DNA of 64,000 nt from Phoronis australis (lineage: Eukaryota > Animalia > Phoronida). The stretch spans positions 1-64,000 of the forward strand of contig NMRA01000010.1 of NCBI GenBank assembly GCA_002633005.1, read 5' to 3'. Below are positions 1 to 9,137 of the stretch, piece by piece. The stretch's first letter is position 1. Every line of letters starts with the position of its first letter. Made by a program: the position numbers and the translations under genes. Below the pieces are notes generated by a model. That model was given only the letters and a program-made list of their open reading frames with translations. It ran no database searches and was not told the DNA's origin.

Positions 1-189
1 GCGACTGGGCGAGTGGCTAAGTATATTCCTGGGAAGGATACCGACGAGTTGGAATTGGTACGTTCAGGCACTGCACAGTACACCATCAAGGCCAGCTGAT
101 GACCGCTCACGAGGTTTTATCAGTGTGCCTCGTTTTCGATCAATATTTAAAGATGGCGCGGGAAGATGGCGCTTTCGTGAAATAGGTGA

Positions 190-721
190 ATAGTAAGAGG
201 TTTAGGAGTCTTATTTTGCGACTCCTCGGACAAAGGTCATCCATGTGAAAGGAAAAGGTCAAAGGTCACGTGGAATAACTGCAATCGGAAGGGACACCAT
301 CCGCCTACCGGACGGATGTGTCAATGACGTTACACCTCATGACGTAATAGGTTTAATTGGACCTGTTAGAGAGGCACCCCGATGCCCGTTTTGCGGCTCC
401 TAGCAACGGATCGAGAATCGAAACAAAAGAGGGATGCTGAATAAGAACAAAACATTATTTCGTGTGCGCCGAGTGTCGTCGTTGTATACTGTGTGTTCTG
501 TCTCATAGATCAAAAACAAAGGCGTATACAAAAGGGGATAACCACCCAACTCAACAACAGATGTCGCGTAAAGTCTAACCCAGGCCCCGACGGTACTAAG
601 CGGATCGTACTCATAATATTAATAATAAGAAGCGACCAGCTAACACAGAACATAAAACTTATAGCGTTTAAACGTGTATTAATGACAAACCAACACTACA
701 AAAATCATCCAGACGTTCAGA
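190..721 (+). repeat. Left terminal inverted repeat of the Polinton-like element
   Basis: ATAGTAAGAGGTTTAGGAGTCTTATTTTGCG...AAAATCATCCAGACGTTCAGA aligns by eye along its whole length to the reverse complement of 8581-9131, with scattered substitutions. Confidence 0.92.
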
Positions 722-1645
722 CACCGTTACCCGTACCAGTGGTCAATTATTAAGACCCAATTATTAAATGTCCGGGCTCTTCAGATTAATTGTATACTGG
801 ATGAATTACATTTCTTATATAATTTTTCCATAAAGTCTGGGCTGACACATAGATTACTGTACACAGGATCAATTAAGTGCAATTCGAGGCGACAAATTGC
901 TGTTATAGAAAGATAAAGGATAAGCACTGCTTTTCATGATTTCTTATAGTTTGAAGTCTCATTTGGTAGCTTTATGGTCTTTTTCTTTCGCTATGTCGAA
1001 TGGAATAGTAATGTTCATTGGTGATCTTTGACTTGTGGCACATCTCTGCAAAATAGGTGCAATAAACTGGTGCACTCTAATTTTGGAAAGTAATCCCACA
1101 ATGTGACGGCTCCTCTTAAAATCTTGTACTATGAAAGATCAGATTTTGTTGTCGAGTACATGTACGTCATTGCACGTTTTTAGCACCAAGTGTTAGACTC
1201 ACATAACATAGACTACTACATGTAACATCTTTAAGTCAACCAACCTAAAATCAGCTTTACTGAGAAATTGTTTGCCAAATGGCCTGACTCACTATGCCAT
1301 TTTATTCGTGTCACACTGGCTCGTCACAATACACTTTAACTTCTGGCACGTTTTTAACTATTTTCGAGGTGGAAGCACGAGCATTATACGTAATATCATC
1401 ACCCCTTCGATGCCAGGTATTGTTTTAACAAGAAAAAGAAGAAATTATTTTCAGTTTATTTTGCCAATTGAAAATGTACAAGCATCTGTGACCCCTACTA
1501 TAAATGAAGTATTTGTATTCCGTAACAAGTTTGCAACAAGGTAAATGAAGATAAAGAGAAGGAGCAGGACAGCAACAAGAAGATGGAGAAGAAGAGGAAA
1601 AAGAGCCAACGGTATAATAATTTTCAATAGCGCAGTTGTGCTTAC

Positions 1646-1838
1646 GAGTCATCAAAACAATGTGACCCAGTTAGCACCCGCTGAGGGTGAATCAGCGAAG
1701 CACCACACACGTGACTACCGCGATGTTTCAATGAGAGTACCCATGGCCAACTATGTGGAACCGCTTCTTGTCCGCCAACAATGCGTCCATTTCCTGATTT
1801 AGGCGTGTAGGATGGGACACCACAGTTAAGCTGGCCCA
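1646..1838 (-). pseudogene. Trypsin-family (S1A) serine protease exon: activation site and N-terminal part of the catalytic domain
   Basis: Translation [56 protein letters not shown]; flanked by ttttag acceptor and gtaag donor. The conserved W of WVLTAAHC is R. No Asp/Ser catalytic exons are recognisable before the TIR. Confidence 0.85.
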
Positions 1839-2356
1839 CTAAAATCAACAATTATTTGGTTACTTATTTGCTTTTGTCTACTATGAAGGACTCGTATTTT
1901 GGAAAAGTCGGATGAAGAAGTCTCACCATCAGCTTTATATGTAGAGAGACGACCTGTAACTTGTTAACTCATAGTTTGCTTTTAGTAATCATGATTTTTT
2001 CATTTCCAGGCCAAAACCATTGTGAAATCTTGTAAAACTAACAGACTCTTCATTTCGAAAACGTAAGCCTAACGCTGCATAACTATATCCACTTTGCTCC
2101 ATAATGCTATTGTTTGCTATTTGGCTTCGGCGGCTTTGAAACAACTGAACTTTCGTTATTCCTTGAGACCGTGCCCGGAGCATAAAATGACCAGGAAGGT
2201 ACAGTACTGAACAGTGACGATCTGCCAGTAGTTCCCTATTCTCTCTAATCTGTAAGTAAGACCACGAAGTAGAGTTCAGCTTTATAACAGCAGTGTACAT
2301 GACCAAGGGACGGGAGTTCCTTCAGCCCACGCATTCCCAGTACGACCAGAACTTAC

Positions 2357-2464
2357 GGCAAACTTCATCGCTTCCATCACCACAGTCATCGGAACCATCG
2401 CAACGTTTACTCGCCAAAATACAGTTTCCGTTGCCGCAAGTAAACTCACTTGAACTGCAGGTGA
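2357..2464 (-). pseudogene. LDL-receptor class A domain exon of a mosaic serine protease
   Basis: 108-bp phase 1-1 exon (ttgccag / gtaagt) encoding [35 protein letters not shown], with six Cys and the DCxDGSDE motif. Missed by the ORF track. Confidence 0.9.
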
Positions 2465-2865
2465 CTGGCAAGAGGAACAAAAATTATCTGTCATTCAAAA
2501 TTAAACTAACGATAAGTGTTCGAGCAATAGAACAAAACAATTTTGTCAAATATAATTCCTTGCAATTTAGATCAATGAAAATAGGAAATATGCTTTTCTA
2601 TACGAACTTTACGAAGGTCTAGACAACAGAAACCGGCTTGTTTTCAACTAGACCTATCATCTATTCGGTTTCATCAATCTCCCGGTTATCAGTATTTTCC
2701 AAGCATCCTAATAGACATACTCAAAACAAAAATTCTTTTGTTTCGTTGCCGAACATTACAACCTCCTCCGTGTGACTAATTGCCATTCAACCGTGAGTTG
2801 TGGCGCTATGCCAGCATGTTAAAATCTTAGTCAATTTTCAGTGTTCAAAGCTAAACCTGTTTTAC

Positions 2866-3038
2866 CTGAACAGCTTCGTTAGAGACAAATTTGATATACA
2901 GATGCTGCCCTGTAGACTGGATGTCCGCTGGCTGATATTTGCCACAGACAGTTTTCAGTAAGGCGGCTTTGCTATCCGTTCCATCGTACACAGAGACATA
3001 ATCGAATTCACATTTGGCATCCGCTTCAACGTCGAAGT
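2866..3038 (-). pseudogene. CUB domain exon fragment (5'-truncated) of a mosaic serine protease
   Basis: DFDVEADAKCEFDYVSVYDGTDSKAALLKTVCGKYQPADIQSTGQHLYIKFVSNEAVQ is a typical CUB C-terminal half. It directly abuts the penton ORF. The 3' boundary (cag/gtaaaa) is tentative. Confidence 0.85.
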
Positions 3039-3442
3039 CTGAACGTAATTTCAGCTCCTTTCTTGACACGCATATGCATCTTATTAGTCACGTCGTTGTA
3101 ACCCAGTCTAATTTTTTGATCTCTGTCAGAACCCCAAGGTTCTTTAAGCATGGCGTGAACACTCTTGACGAGTTCTTTTGGGCTGTAATAAAATCCCGAA
3201 GCGAGAGTCTTGAGCGCATAGCCGTCGTCCTTTCCTAGTTTCGTTCTCATCCAAGCTTCGCCGTGTCTTATGTTGTAGTACGTGTTAGGAAATTGAATTT
3301 CTGCTAGCCCTACCTCCCAACGTCCGTCCAGGTCTATGTTTCTGGGAAGCTTAGTTTTAAATTGCGCGAGTGTGTTGTCGGGGAAATAGTCCATGGAGCT
3401 GTTGCTAGGAAGTGTAAGATAGAACATCGATTCAGCTGTCAT
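3026..3442 (-). pseudogene. Polinton/adintovirus minor capsid (penton-like) protein, N-terminal part, truncated
   Basis: FYLTLPSNSSMDYFPDNTLAQFKTKLPRNIDLDGRWEVGLAEIQFPNTYYNI matches the N-terminus I recall for Polinton minor capsid proteins. The ORF runs into host CUB sequence and stops after 138 aa. Confidence 0.75.
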
Positions 3443-3695
3443 TCTTGTTTAAAGACGGATTAGGTAAGACGACACCGAGTGAAGCGCTAATCAGCGTCAC
3501 CCAAAGAGTCCGCTTGTCGTTCCCTGTTGTCAAATTGTATAAACTCCACACTATGACGGTGAAGAGGACGATCATTTGACTGAAAAATACAATTTCCTTC
3601 TTCGGTACTTTTCGTCCGAATAACGACCAGTGTCTCTCTGTTGTATTACCAAGTTCAAAATTCTCCTCGGGTGCGTCCGTTTCGTTGGAACTCAT
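3432..3695 (-). CDS. Small two-transmembrane-helix Polinton/adintovirus ORF
   Basis: ATG at 3695. Two hydrophobic segments (EIVFFSQMIVLFTVIVWSLYNL; LWVTLISASLGVVLPNP). Packed between the integrase and penton ORFs with stop/start overlap. Confidence 0.65.
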   Translation of the reverse strand: MSSNETDAPEENFELGNTTERHWSLFGRKVPKKEIVFFSQMIVLFTVIVWSLYNLTTGNDKRTLWVTLISASLGVVLPNPSLNKNDS

Positions 3696-3724
3696 GCTGT
3701 TGAATGAGAGCAATGGTGTAAGTG

Positions 3725-4816
3725 TCAATTGTTATAGGTGACAAATTGACGCTCGTTAACCCACGAATTGAAGGAGTCGGGATATCCCGCCCACTTCACC
3801 AGATATTCAGTCTGCTTTTTTCTTTGACGCGTTTTGAGGACGCTCTCCACCTTGTACACGTTTCTATTGGCTACTTTCTGAAGCTCTTGTTGGTAAAACG
3901 TTCCTTCGAGTATTTCCCCGTGATCATCCATCTCCGTGTACGTTGTCGGTGTGGTTGAGAGTACTTTATCAATAATGAAAAATTCCTCAGTCCAATTGGG
4001 TAAATATCCCTTCTTGAAAGGACGTTTTGCCATACTTATGACAACCCGGTCACCGGTCTTAAATTCCGGTTGGGTCTGTTTCGTATACGGTCCGTAAAGG
4101 GTCTGCCATACTGTCTCTTGATTGGCTCGTGTGACAGACGAGGGCGTGGTCTTGATAGATCGATGGTACGTGTTGCTGTAGGACCTCACTAGATCGTGTA
4201 ATACTTCAACGTATCTCAAGGTGTTTTTAGACGTAAAGAACTTCCACATTTTTGTTTTTAAGGTGCGATTAAAACGCTCGGCGATGCTTGCCTTGGTCTC
4301 CTCGTTATGGGTAGTAAAGAAACCAACTCCTTCCTCCTTGAGAAATTTCTGAAAGACACGATTTGTAAACTCGGTTCCTTTATCAGTCTGCAAGGTCTTG
4401 CATTTCCGTCCACTGGTGAAAATAAGTTTGAAAGCTTCAACTAAGCTTTTTCCCGTCTTGTCTAGGAGTGGAACAGCGAAGGCGTATTTCGAGAGCACGT
4501 CTATGCAGGTAAGAATGTACCTGTGACCGTCATTGAATTTTGCCAACTTGGAGACGTCAACGAGGTCCGCTTGGAATTGTTGATCGATAGATCCAACGAT
4601 AACGCGTCGTCTCGTAAGATTTCTAACCAGAGGCTTGTGGCGAACGTAAGTGTCTTCGTTACTAAGCCAGTTTTTCACAATCCGTTTCTTCAATTTGCCT
4701 TTTAGGCCTCGATGAGTGGAGTCTAATCCTCCAAAACTTCCCGGGTACCTTGGATCGTAGTACACGCGTCTTAATTTTCCATCATTGTCACGTTGTTTCT
4801 TTCCCTTTTGTCTCAT
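3725..4816 (-). CDS. Polinton retroviral-type DDE integrase with C-terminal chromodomain (copy 1, triad intact)
   Basis: 363-aa ORF with QADLVD, LQTDKGTEF and AERFNRTLK motifs; C-terminal YKVESVLKTR...EYLVKWAGYPDSFNSWV chromodomain. Confidence 0.93.
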   Translation of the reverse strand: MRQKGKKQRDNDGKLRRVYYDPRYPGSFGGLDSTHRGLKGKLKKRIVKNWLSNEDTYVRHKPLVRNLTRRRVIVGSIDQQFQADLVDVSKLAKFNDGHRYILTCIDVLSKYAFAVPLLDKTGKSLVEAFKLIFTSGRKCKTLQTDKGTEFTNRVFQKFLKEEGVGFFTTHNEETKASIAERFNRTLKTKMWKFFTSKNTLRYVEVLHDLVRSYSNTYHRSIKTTPSSVTRANQETVWQTLYGPYTKQTQPEFKTGDRVVISMAKRPFKKGYLPNWTEEFFIIDKVLSTTPTTYTEMDDHGEILEGTFYQQELQKVANRNVYKVESVLKTRQRKKQTEYLVKWAGYPDSFNSWVNERQFVTYNN

Positions 4817-5326
4817 TGCGAATGAGAGGTCTAGGTGGTGTCAATCTGTAATATGGGGTCCATCGCGGTCGTGATGCAACCCTTTTTCGTTTCTTTATTT
4901 TAGGAGTAGTTTCCGTGCTCTCTTGTACTAACGACCAACGTACTTTATTTCCAATAAGTTCCCGTGGAACAATAGCATTTCTCAATTCCCGAGAAAACTC
5001 TTTCCAGCCCGATAGTGCCATCTGTTTTCGTTTCCTGAGCACGTCATTCAAGAGATCAGTGATGTTTGAAGATTCAATGGGTGATCCGTCAATGTAGACA
5101 CGACCTCGTTCGTCCCAGCTCATTCTCGTATTCTTTTTAATTTTTTCCAGCAGCAACTGGGCCTTACGACGCATTGAGACCGGGACGGAGTCAACAATAT
5201 CCGCATCCATAGTTTTAGCAATATTCTTTTCCTCGTTTTTATCTTCGGCCGGCTTTGATCCCCTTATTTCCACTTTTAAAGATTGATTCATTTTGTCGTG
5301 GTAGGTGACAAATCGCTGAAGAATCT
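4788..5326 (-). pseudogene. Partial copy of the conserved Polinton ORF upstream of the integrase
   Basis: Near-identical to the 3' part of 6780-7493; cut off at the N at 5327. Confidence 0.75.
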
Positions 5327-5423
5327 NATGTTTCTGGGAAGCTTAGTTTTAAATTGCGCGAGTGTGTTGTCGGGGAAATAGTCCATGGAGCTGTTGCTAG
5401 GAAGGGTAAGATAGAACATCGAT

Positions 5424-5687
5424 TCAGCTGTCATTCTTGTTTAAAGACGGATTAGGTAAGACGACACCGAGTGAAGCGCTAATCAGCGTCACCCAAAGAG
5501 TCCGCTTGTCGTTCCCTGTTGTCAAATTGTATAAACTTCACACTATGACGGTGAAGAGGACGATCATTTGACTGAAAAATACAATTTCCTTCTTCGGTAC
5601 TTTTCGTCCGAATAACGACCAGTGTCTCTCTGTTGTATTACCAAGTTCAACATTCTCCTCGGGTGCGTCCGTTTCGTTGGAACTAAT
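5424..5687 (-). pseudogene. Disrupted second copy of the two-TM ORF
   Basis: Start ATG mutated to ATT; TGG to TGA stop at 5538-5540. Confidence 0.75.
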
Positions 5688-5716
5688 GCTGTTGAATGAG
5701 AGCAATGGTGTAAGTG

Positions 5717-6808
5717 TCAATTGTTATAGGTGACAAATTGACGCTCGTTAACCCACGAATTGAAGGAGTCGGGATATCCCGCCCACTTCACCAGATATTC
5801 AGTCTGCTTTTTTCTTTGACGCGTTTTGAGGACTCTCTCCACCTTGTACACGTTTCTATTGGCTACTTTCTGAAGCTCTTGTTGGTAAAACGTTTCTTCG
5901 AGTATTTCCCCGTGATCATCCATCACCGTGTACGTTGTCGGTGTGGTTGAGAGTACTTTATCAATAATGAAAAATTCCTCAGTCCAATTGGGTAAATATC
6001 CCTTCTTGAAAGGACGTTTTGCCATACTTATAACAACCCGGTCACCGGTCTTAAATTTCGGTTGGGTCTGTTTCGTATACGATCCGTAAAGGGTCTGCCA
6101 TACTGTCTCTTGATTGGCTCGTGTGACAGACGAGGGCGTGGTCTTGATAGATCGATGGTACGTGTTGCTGTAGGACCTCACTAGATCGTGTAATACGTCA
6201 ATGTATCTCAAGGTGTGTTTAAACGTAAAAAACTTCCACATTTTTGTTTTTAAGGTGCGATTAAAACGCTCAGCGATGCTTGCCTTGGTCTCCTCGTTAT
6301 GAGTAGTAAAGAAACCAACTCCTTCCTCCTTGAGAAATTTCTGAAAGACACGATTCGTAAACTCGGTTCCTTTATCAGTCTGCAAGGTCTTGCATTTCCG
6401 TCCACTGGTGAAAATAAGTTTGAAAGCTTCAACTAAGCTTTTTCCCGTCTTGTCTAGGAGTGGAGCAGCGAAGGCGTATTTCGAGAGCACGTCTATGCAG
6501 GTAAGAATGTACCTGTGACCGTCATTGAATTTTGCCAACTTGGAGACGTCAACGAGGCCCGCTTGGAATTGTTGATCGATAGATCCAACGATAACGCGTC
6601 GTCTCGTAAGATTTCTAACCAGAGGCATGTGGCGAACGTAAGTGTCTTCGTTACTAAGCCAGTTTTTCACAATCCGTTTCTTCAATTTGCCTTTTAGGCC
6701 TCGATGAGTGGAGTCTAATCCCCCAAAACCTCCCGGGTACCTTGGATCGTAGTACACGCGTCTTAATTTTCCATCATTGTCACGTTGTTTCTTTCCCTTT
6801 TGTCTCAT
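5717..6808 (-). CDS. Polinton DDE integrase with chromodomain (copy 2; QADLVD changed to QAGLVD)
   Basis: 363-aa ORF with the same motifs as copy 1 and about a dozen amino-acid differences, including the probable first catalytic Asp. Confidence 0.9.
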   Translation of the reverse strand: MRQKGKKQRDNDGKLRRVYYDPRYPGGFGGLDSTHRGLKGKLKKRIVKNWLSNEDTYVRHMPLVRNLTRRRVIVGSIDQQFQAGLVDVSKLAKFNDGHRYILTCIDVLSKYAFAAPLLDKTGKSLVEAFKLIFTSGRKCKTLQTDKGTEFTNRVFQKFLKEEGVGFFTTHNEETKASIAERFNRTLKTKMWKFFTFKHTLRYIDVLHDLVRSYSNTYHRSIKTTPSSVTRANQETVWQTLYGSYTKQTQPKFKTGDRVVISMAKRPFKKGYLPNWTEEFFIIDKVLSTTPTTYTVMDDHGEILEETFYQQELQKVANRNVYKVERVLKTRQRKKQTEYLVKWAGYPDSFNSWVNERQFVTYNN

Positions 6809-7493
6809 TGCGAATAAGAGGTCTAGGTGGTGTCAATATGTAATATGGGGTCCATCGTGGTCGTGATGCAACCCTTTTTCGTTTCTTTATTTTAGGAGTA
6901 GTTTCCGTGCTCTCTTGTACTAACGACCAACGTACTTTATTTCCAATAAGTTCCCGTGGAACAATAGCATTTCTCAATTCCAGAGAAAACTCTTTCCAGC
7001 CCGATAGTGCCATCTGTTTTCGTTTCCTGAGCACGTCATTCAAGAGATCAGTGATGTTTGAAGATTCAATGGGTGATCCGTCAATATAGACACGACCTCG
7101 TTCGTCCCAGCTCATTCTCGTATTCTTTTTAATTTTTTCCAGCAGCAACTGGGCCTTACGACGCATTGAGACCGGGACGGAGTCAACAATATCCGCATCC
7201 ATGGTTTTAGCAATATTCTTTTCCTCGTTTTTATCTTCGGCGGGCTTTGATCCCCTTATTTCCACTTTTAAAGATTGATTCATTTTGTCGTGGTAGGTGA
7301 CAAATCGCTGAAGAATCTGATTATACATTTTCCCTTTCTGACTCTCATCAACGTCTTTTCGCTCCACGATATTTTGCATGTCTTGGTCCAACCCACTCAA
7401 AGCTTTGACGGGAAAGCTAGGGGGAGATTTGGGTGTGGAAAATGACTCCAATAAGCGAGGATCAACGAGAGCCATTTTCTTAGCGTACTCCAT
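6780..7493 (-). CDS. Conserved Polinton/adintovirus ORF of unknown function
   Basis: ATG at 7493 (MEYAKKMALVD). Motifs LSGLDQDMQNIV..YNQILQRF, SWDERG...GSPIESSNITDLL and GWKEF...VPRELIGN. The stop overlaps the integrase start. Confidence 0.7.
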   Translation of the reverse strand: MEYAKKMALVDPRLLESFSTPKSPPSFPVKALSGLDQDMQNIVERKDVDESQKGKMYNQILQRFVTYHDKMNQSLKVEIRGSKPAEDKNEEKNIAKTMDADIVDSVPVSMRRKAQLLLEKIKKNTRMSWDERGRVYIDGSPIESSNITDLLNDVLRKRKQMALSGWKEFSLELRNAIVPRELIGNKVRWSLVQESTETTPKIKKRKRVASRPRWTPYYILTPPRPLIRNETKGKETT

Positions 7494-7494
7494 T

Positions 7495-7838
7495 TTACCT
7501 TCGACCGAATAACCCGGGAAGAATTGTTCCCGCCAAGCCACCGATGAGGGGCTCTAATACTGCTCCGAGAAATCCGCCTCGTTGTAAAATCTGCCTTTTG
7601 GTTTTCAGAGGCGTCTTCTTCTTCACAAGAGTGCGCAGGCTTGTTTTGTGTTTACGAAGCTTCGATGTTTGATTGGGGGTCAGTGGTGGGTTCCCGTTCA
7701 ATTCGTTGACCGCTACTTCACAAAGACAGTGGATGAGATCCTTGTCGACGTGTTTAATAATTTTTTGGCAATACTAGGTTTACACTTGGACAGTAGTTTG
7801 AGTATATCCGAATGTCTCCTCAACCTTTCAGAGGGCAT
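7495..7838 (-). pseudogene. Small basic virion-type ORF ending in a QRGG/FLG amphipathic peptide (adintovirus cupiennin-like), with one frameshift
   Basis: From ATG 7838: MPSERLRRHSDILKLLSKCKPSIAKK, then a frameshift in the A-run near 7762-7767, then IIKHVDKDLIHCLCEVAVNELNGNPPLT...KRQILQRGGFLGAVLEPLIGGLAGTILPGLFGRR. Confidence 0.65.
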
Positions 7839-7975
7839 CTTAAGCGTGCAAAGTCTGGACATCGACTGACGTAACTCATAGCTTACGGGTCTATTTCAAT
7901 TTTTTGGGAAGGTAGGCATATTGCGTTTCATCTGAAAAAACGCGCGTCCGCAACCGCATGTTTTAGATCCACGAA

Positions 7976-8545
7976 AAGATAACCATCCGCCTGAACCTGC
8001 CGCTTCAAATAGGCTTTTTCGTTTATCAGTATGCAAAGTTGCGCATGTTGGAATTTTACTACGACTTTATGTTAAAATTTGTCGACAGATCCGATTTCGA
8101 ATATTGCGAAATGGACACGGACTCGGCGTACATGGCAATATCCGGTAACTGTCTTGAGGACGTAATTAAACCAGACATGCGAGCAACTTTCGAGAGGGAA
8201 AACATCTTTGGTTTCCGCGAACGAACACGGAAAAAAACGAAGCTTACGACAAGCGCACGCCCGGCTTATTGAAATTGGAATTTGAAGGGGACTACTGCAT
8301 CGCCCTTTGCTATAAAACATATTTTAGCTGTAAAATAGTGCAAAGACAAAGAAATGCAATCGACAAAACGAGGTATCTCAAAGTGTTACAAACCACAAAG
8401 AGTAGCTCGGCCCTCACAAAGGATTCCGGTTAGGCGGTGATAACATTATGTATACCTACCTGCAAGACAGGTGCGCGTTCACCTACTTTTATCCCAAACG
8501 ACAAGTGTTAGACGACGGCGTCACCACTGACCTTTGAACATTTAA
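7976..8545 (+). pseudogene. Protein-primed family B DNA polymerase (pPolB), C-terminal fragment, frameshifted
   Basis: LNLPLQIGFFVYQYAKLRMLEFYYDF...YCEMDTDSAY (motif C). After shifts: KRTPGLLKLEFEG..IALCYKTYF and YTYLQDRCAFTYFYPKRQVLDDGVTT. It ends just inside the right TIR. Confidence 0.88.
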
Positions 8546-8580
8546 TTCGGACATTTGATAAATTTACTATAGACTACTTT

Positions 8581-9137
8581 TCTGAACGTTTTGATGATTT
8601 TATATTCGAATGATGATTTTTGTAGTGTTGGTTTGTCATTAATACACTTTTAAACGCTATCAGTTTTATGTTCTGTGTTAGCTGGTCGCTTCTTATTATA
8701 AATATTATGAGTACGATTCGCTTAGAACCGTCGGGGCCTGGGTTAGACTTTACGCGACATCTGTTGTTGAGTTGGGTGGTTATCCCCTTTTGTATACGCC
8801 TTTGTTTTTGATTTATGAGACAGCACACACAATATAAAACGACGACACTCGGCGCACATGAAATAATGTTTTGTTCTTACTCAGCATCCCTCTTTTGTTT
8901 CGATTCTCGATCCGTTGCTAGGAGCCGCAAAACAGGCATCGGGGTGCCTCTCTAACTGGTCCAATTAAACCTATTACGTCATGAGGTGTAACGTCATTGA
9001 CACATCCGTCCGGTAGGCGGATGGTGTCCATTCCGATTGCAGTTATTCCACGTGATCTTTGACCTTTTCCTTTCACATGGATGACCTTTGACCGAGGAGC
9101 CGCAAAATAAGACTCATAAACCTCTTACTATACTACT
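8581..9137 (-). repeat. Right terminal inverted repeat of the Polinton-like element
   Basis: Reverse complement of 190-721 plus the intact terminus CCTCTTACTATACTACT. Confidence 0.92.

Larger units (their letters stand above)
3336..7318. repeat. Direct tandem duplication, 2 x 1991 bp (3336-5326 and 5328-7318), joined by a single N
   Basis: Both units begin ATGTTTCTGGGAAGC and end GCTGAAGAATCT. They differ only by scattered substitutions. Confidence 0.92.
190..9137. mobile_element. Defective Polinton/Maverick (adintovirus-like) element with long TIRs, enclosing host exons
   Basis: 190-721 is the reverse complement of 8581-9131. The right end finishes in ...ATACTACT (5'-AGTAGT on the other strand, the typical Polinton terminus). 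The interior holds an integrase, a penton-like ORF and a pPolB fragment. The left copy lacks the terminal AGTAGT and no 6-bp TSD is visible. Confidence 0.88.

Noticed and set aside
178-190. 6-bp TSD for the Polinton
   Set aside because: The right flank CTCGCC has no match at the left end, which is itself truncated.
493-753. Mirror-image ORFs at 493-753 and 8574-8828
   Set aside because: They have non-ATG starts, lie inside the TIRs and show no recognisable motif. Their similarity only reflects the inverted repeat.
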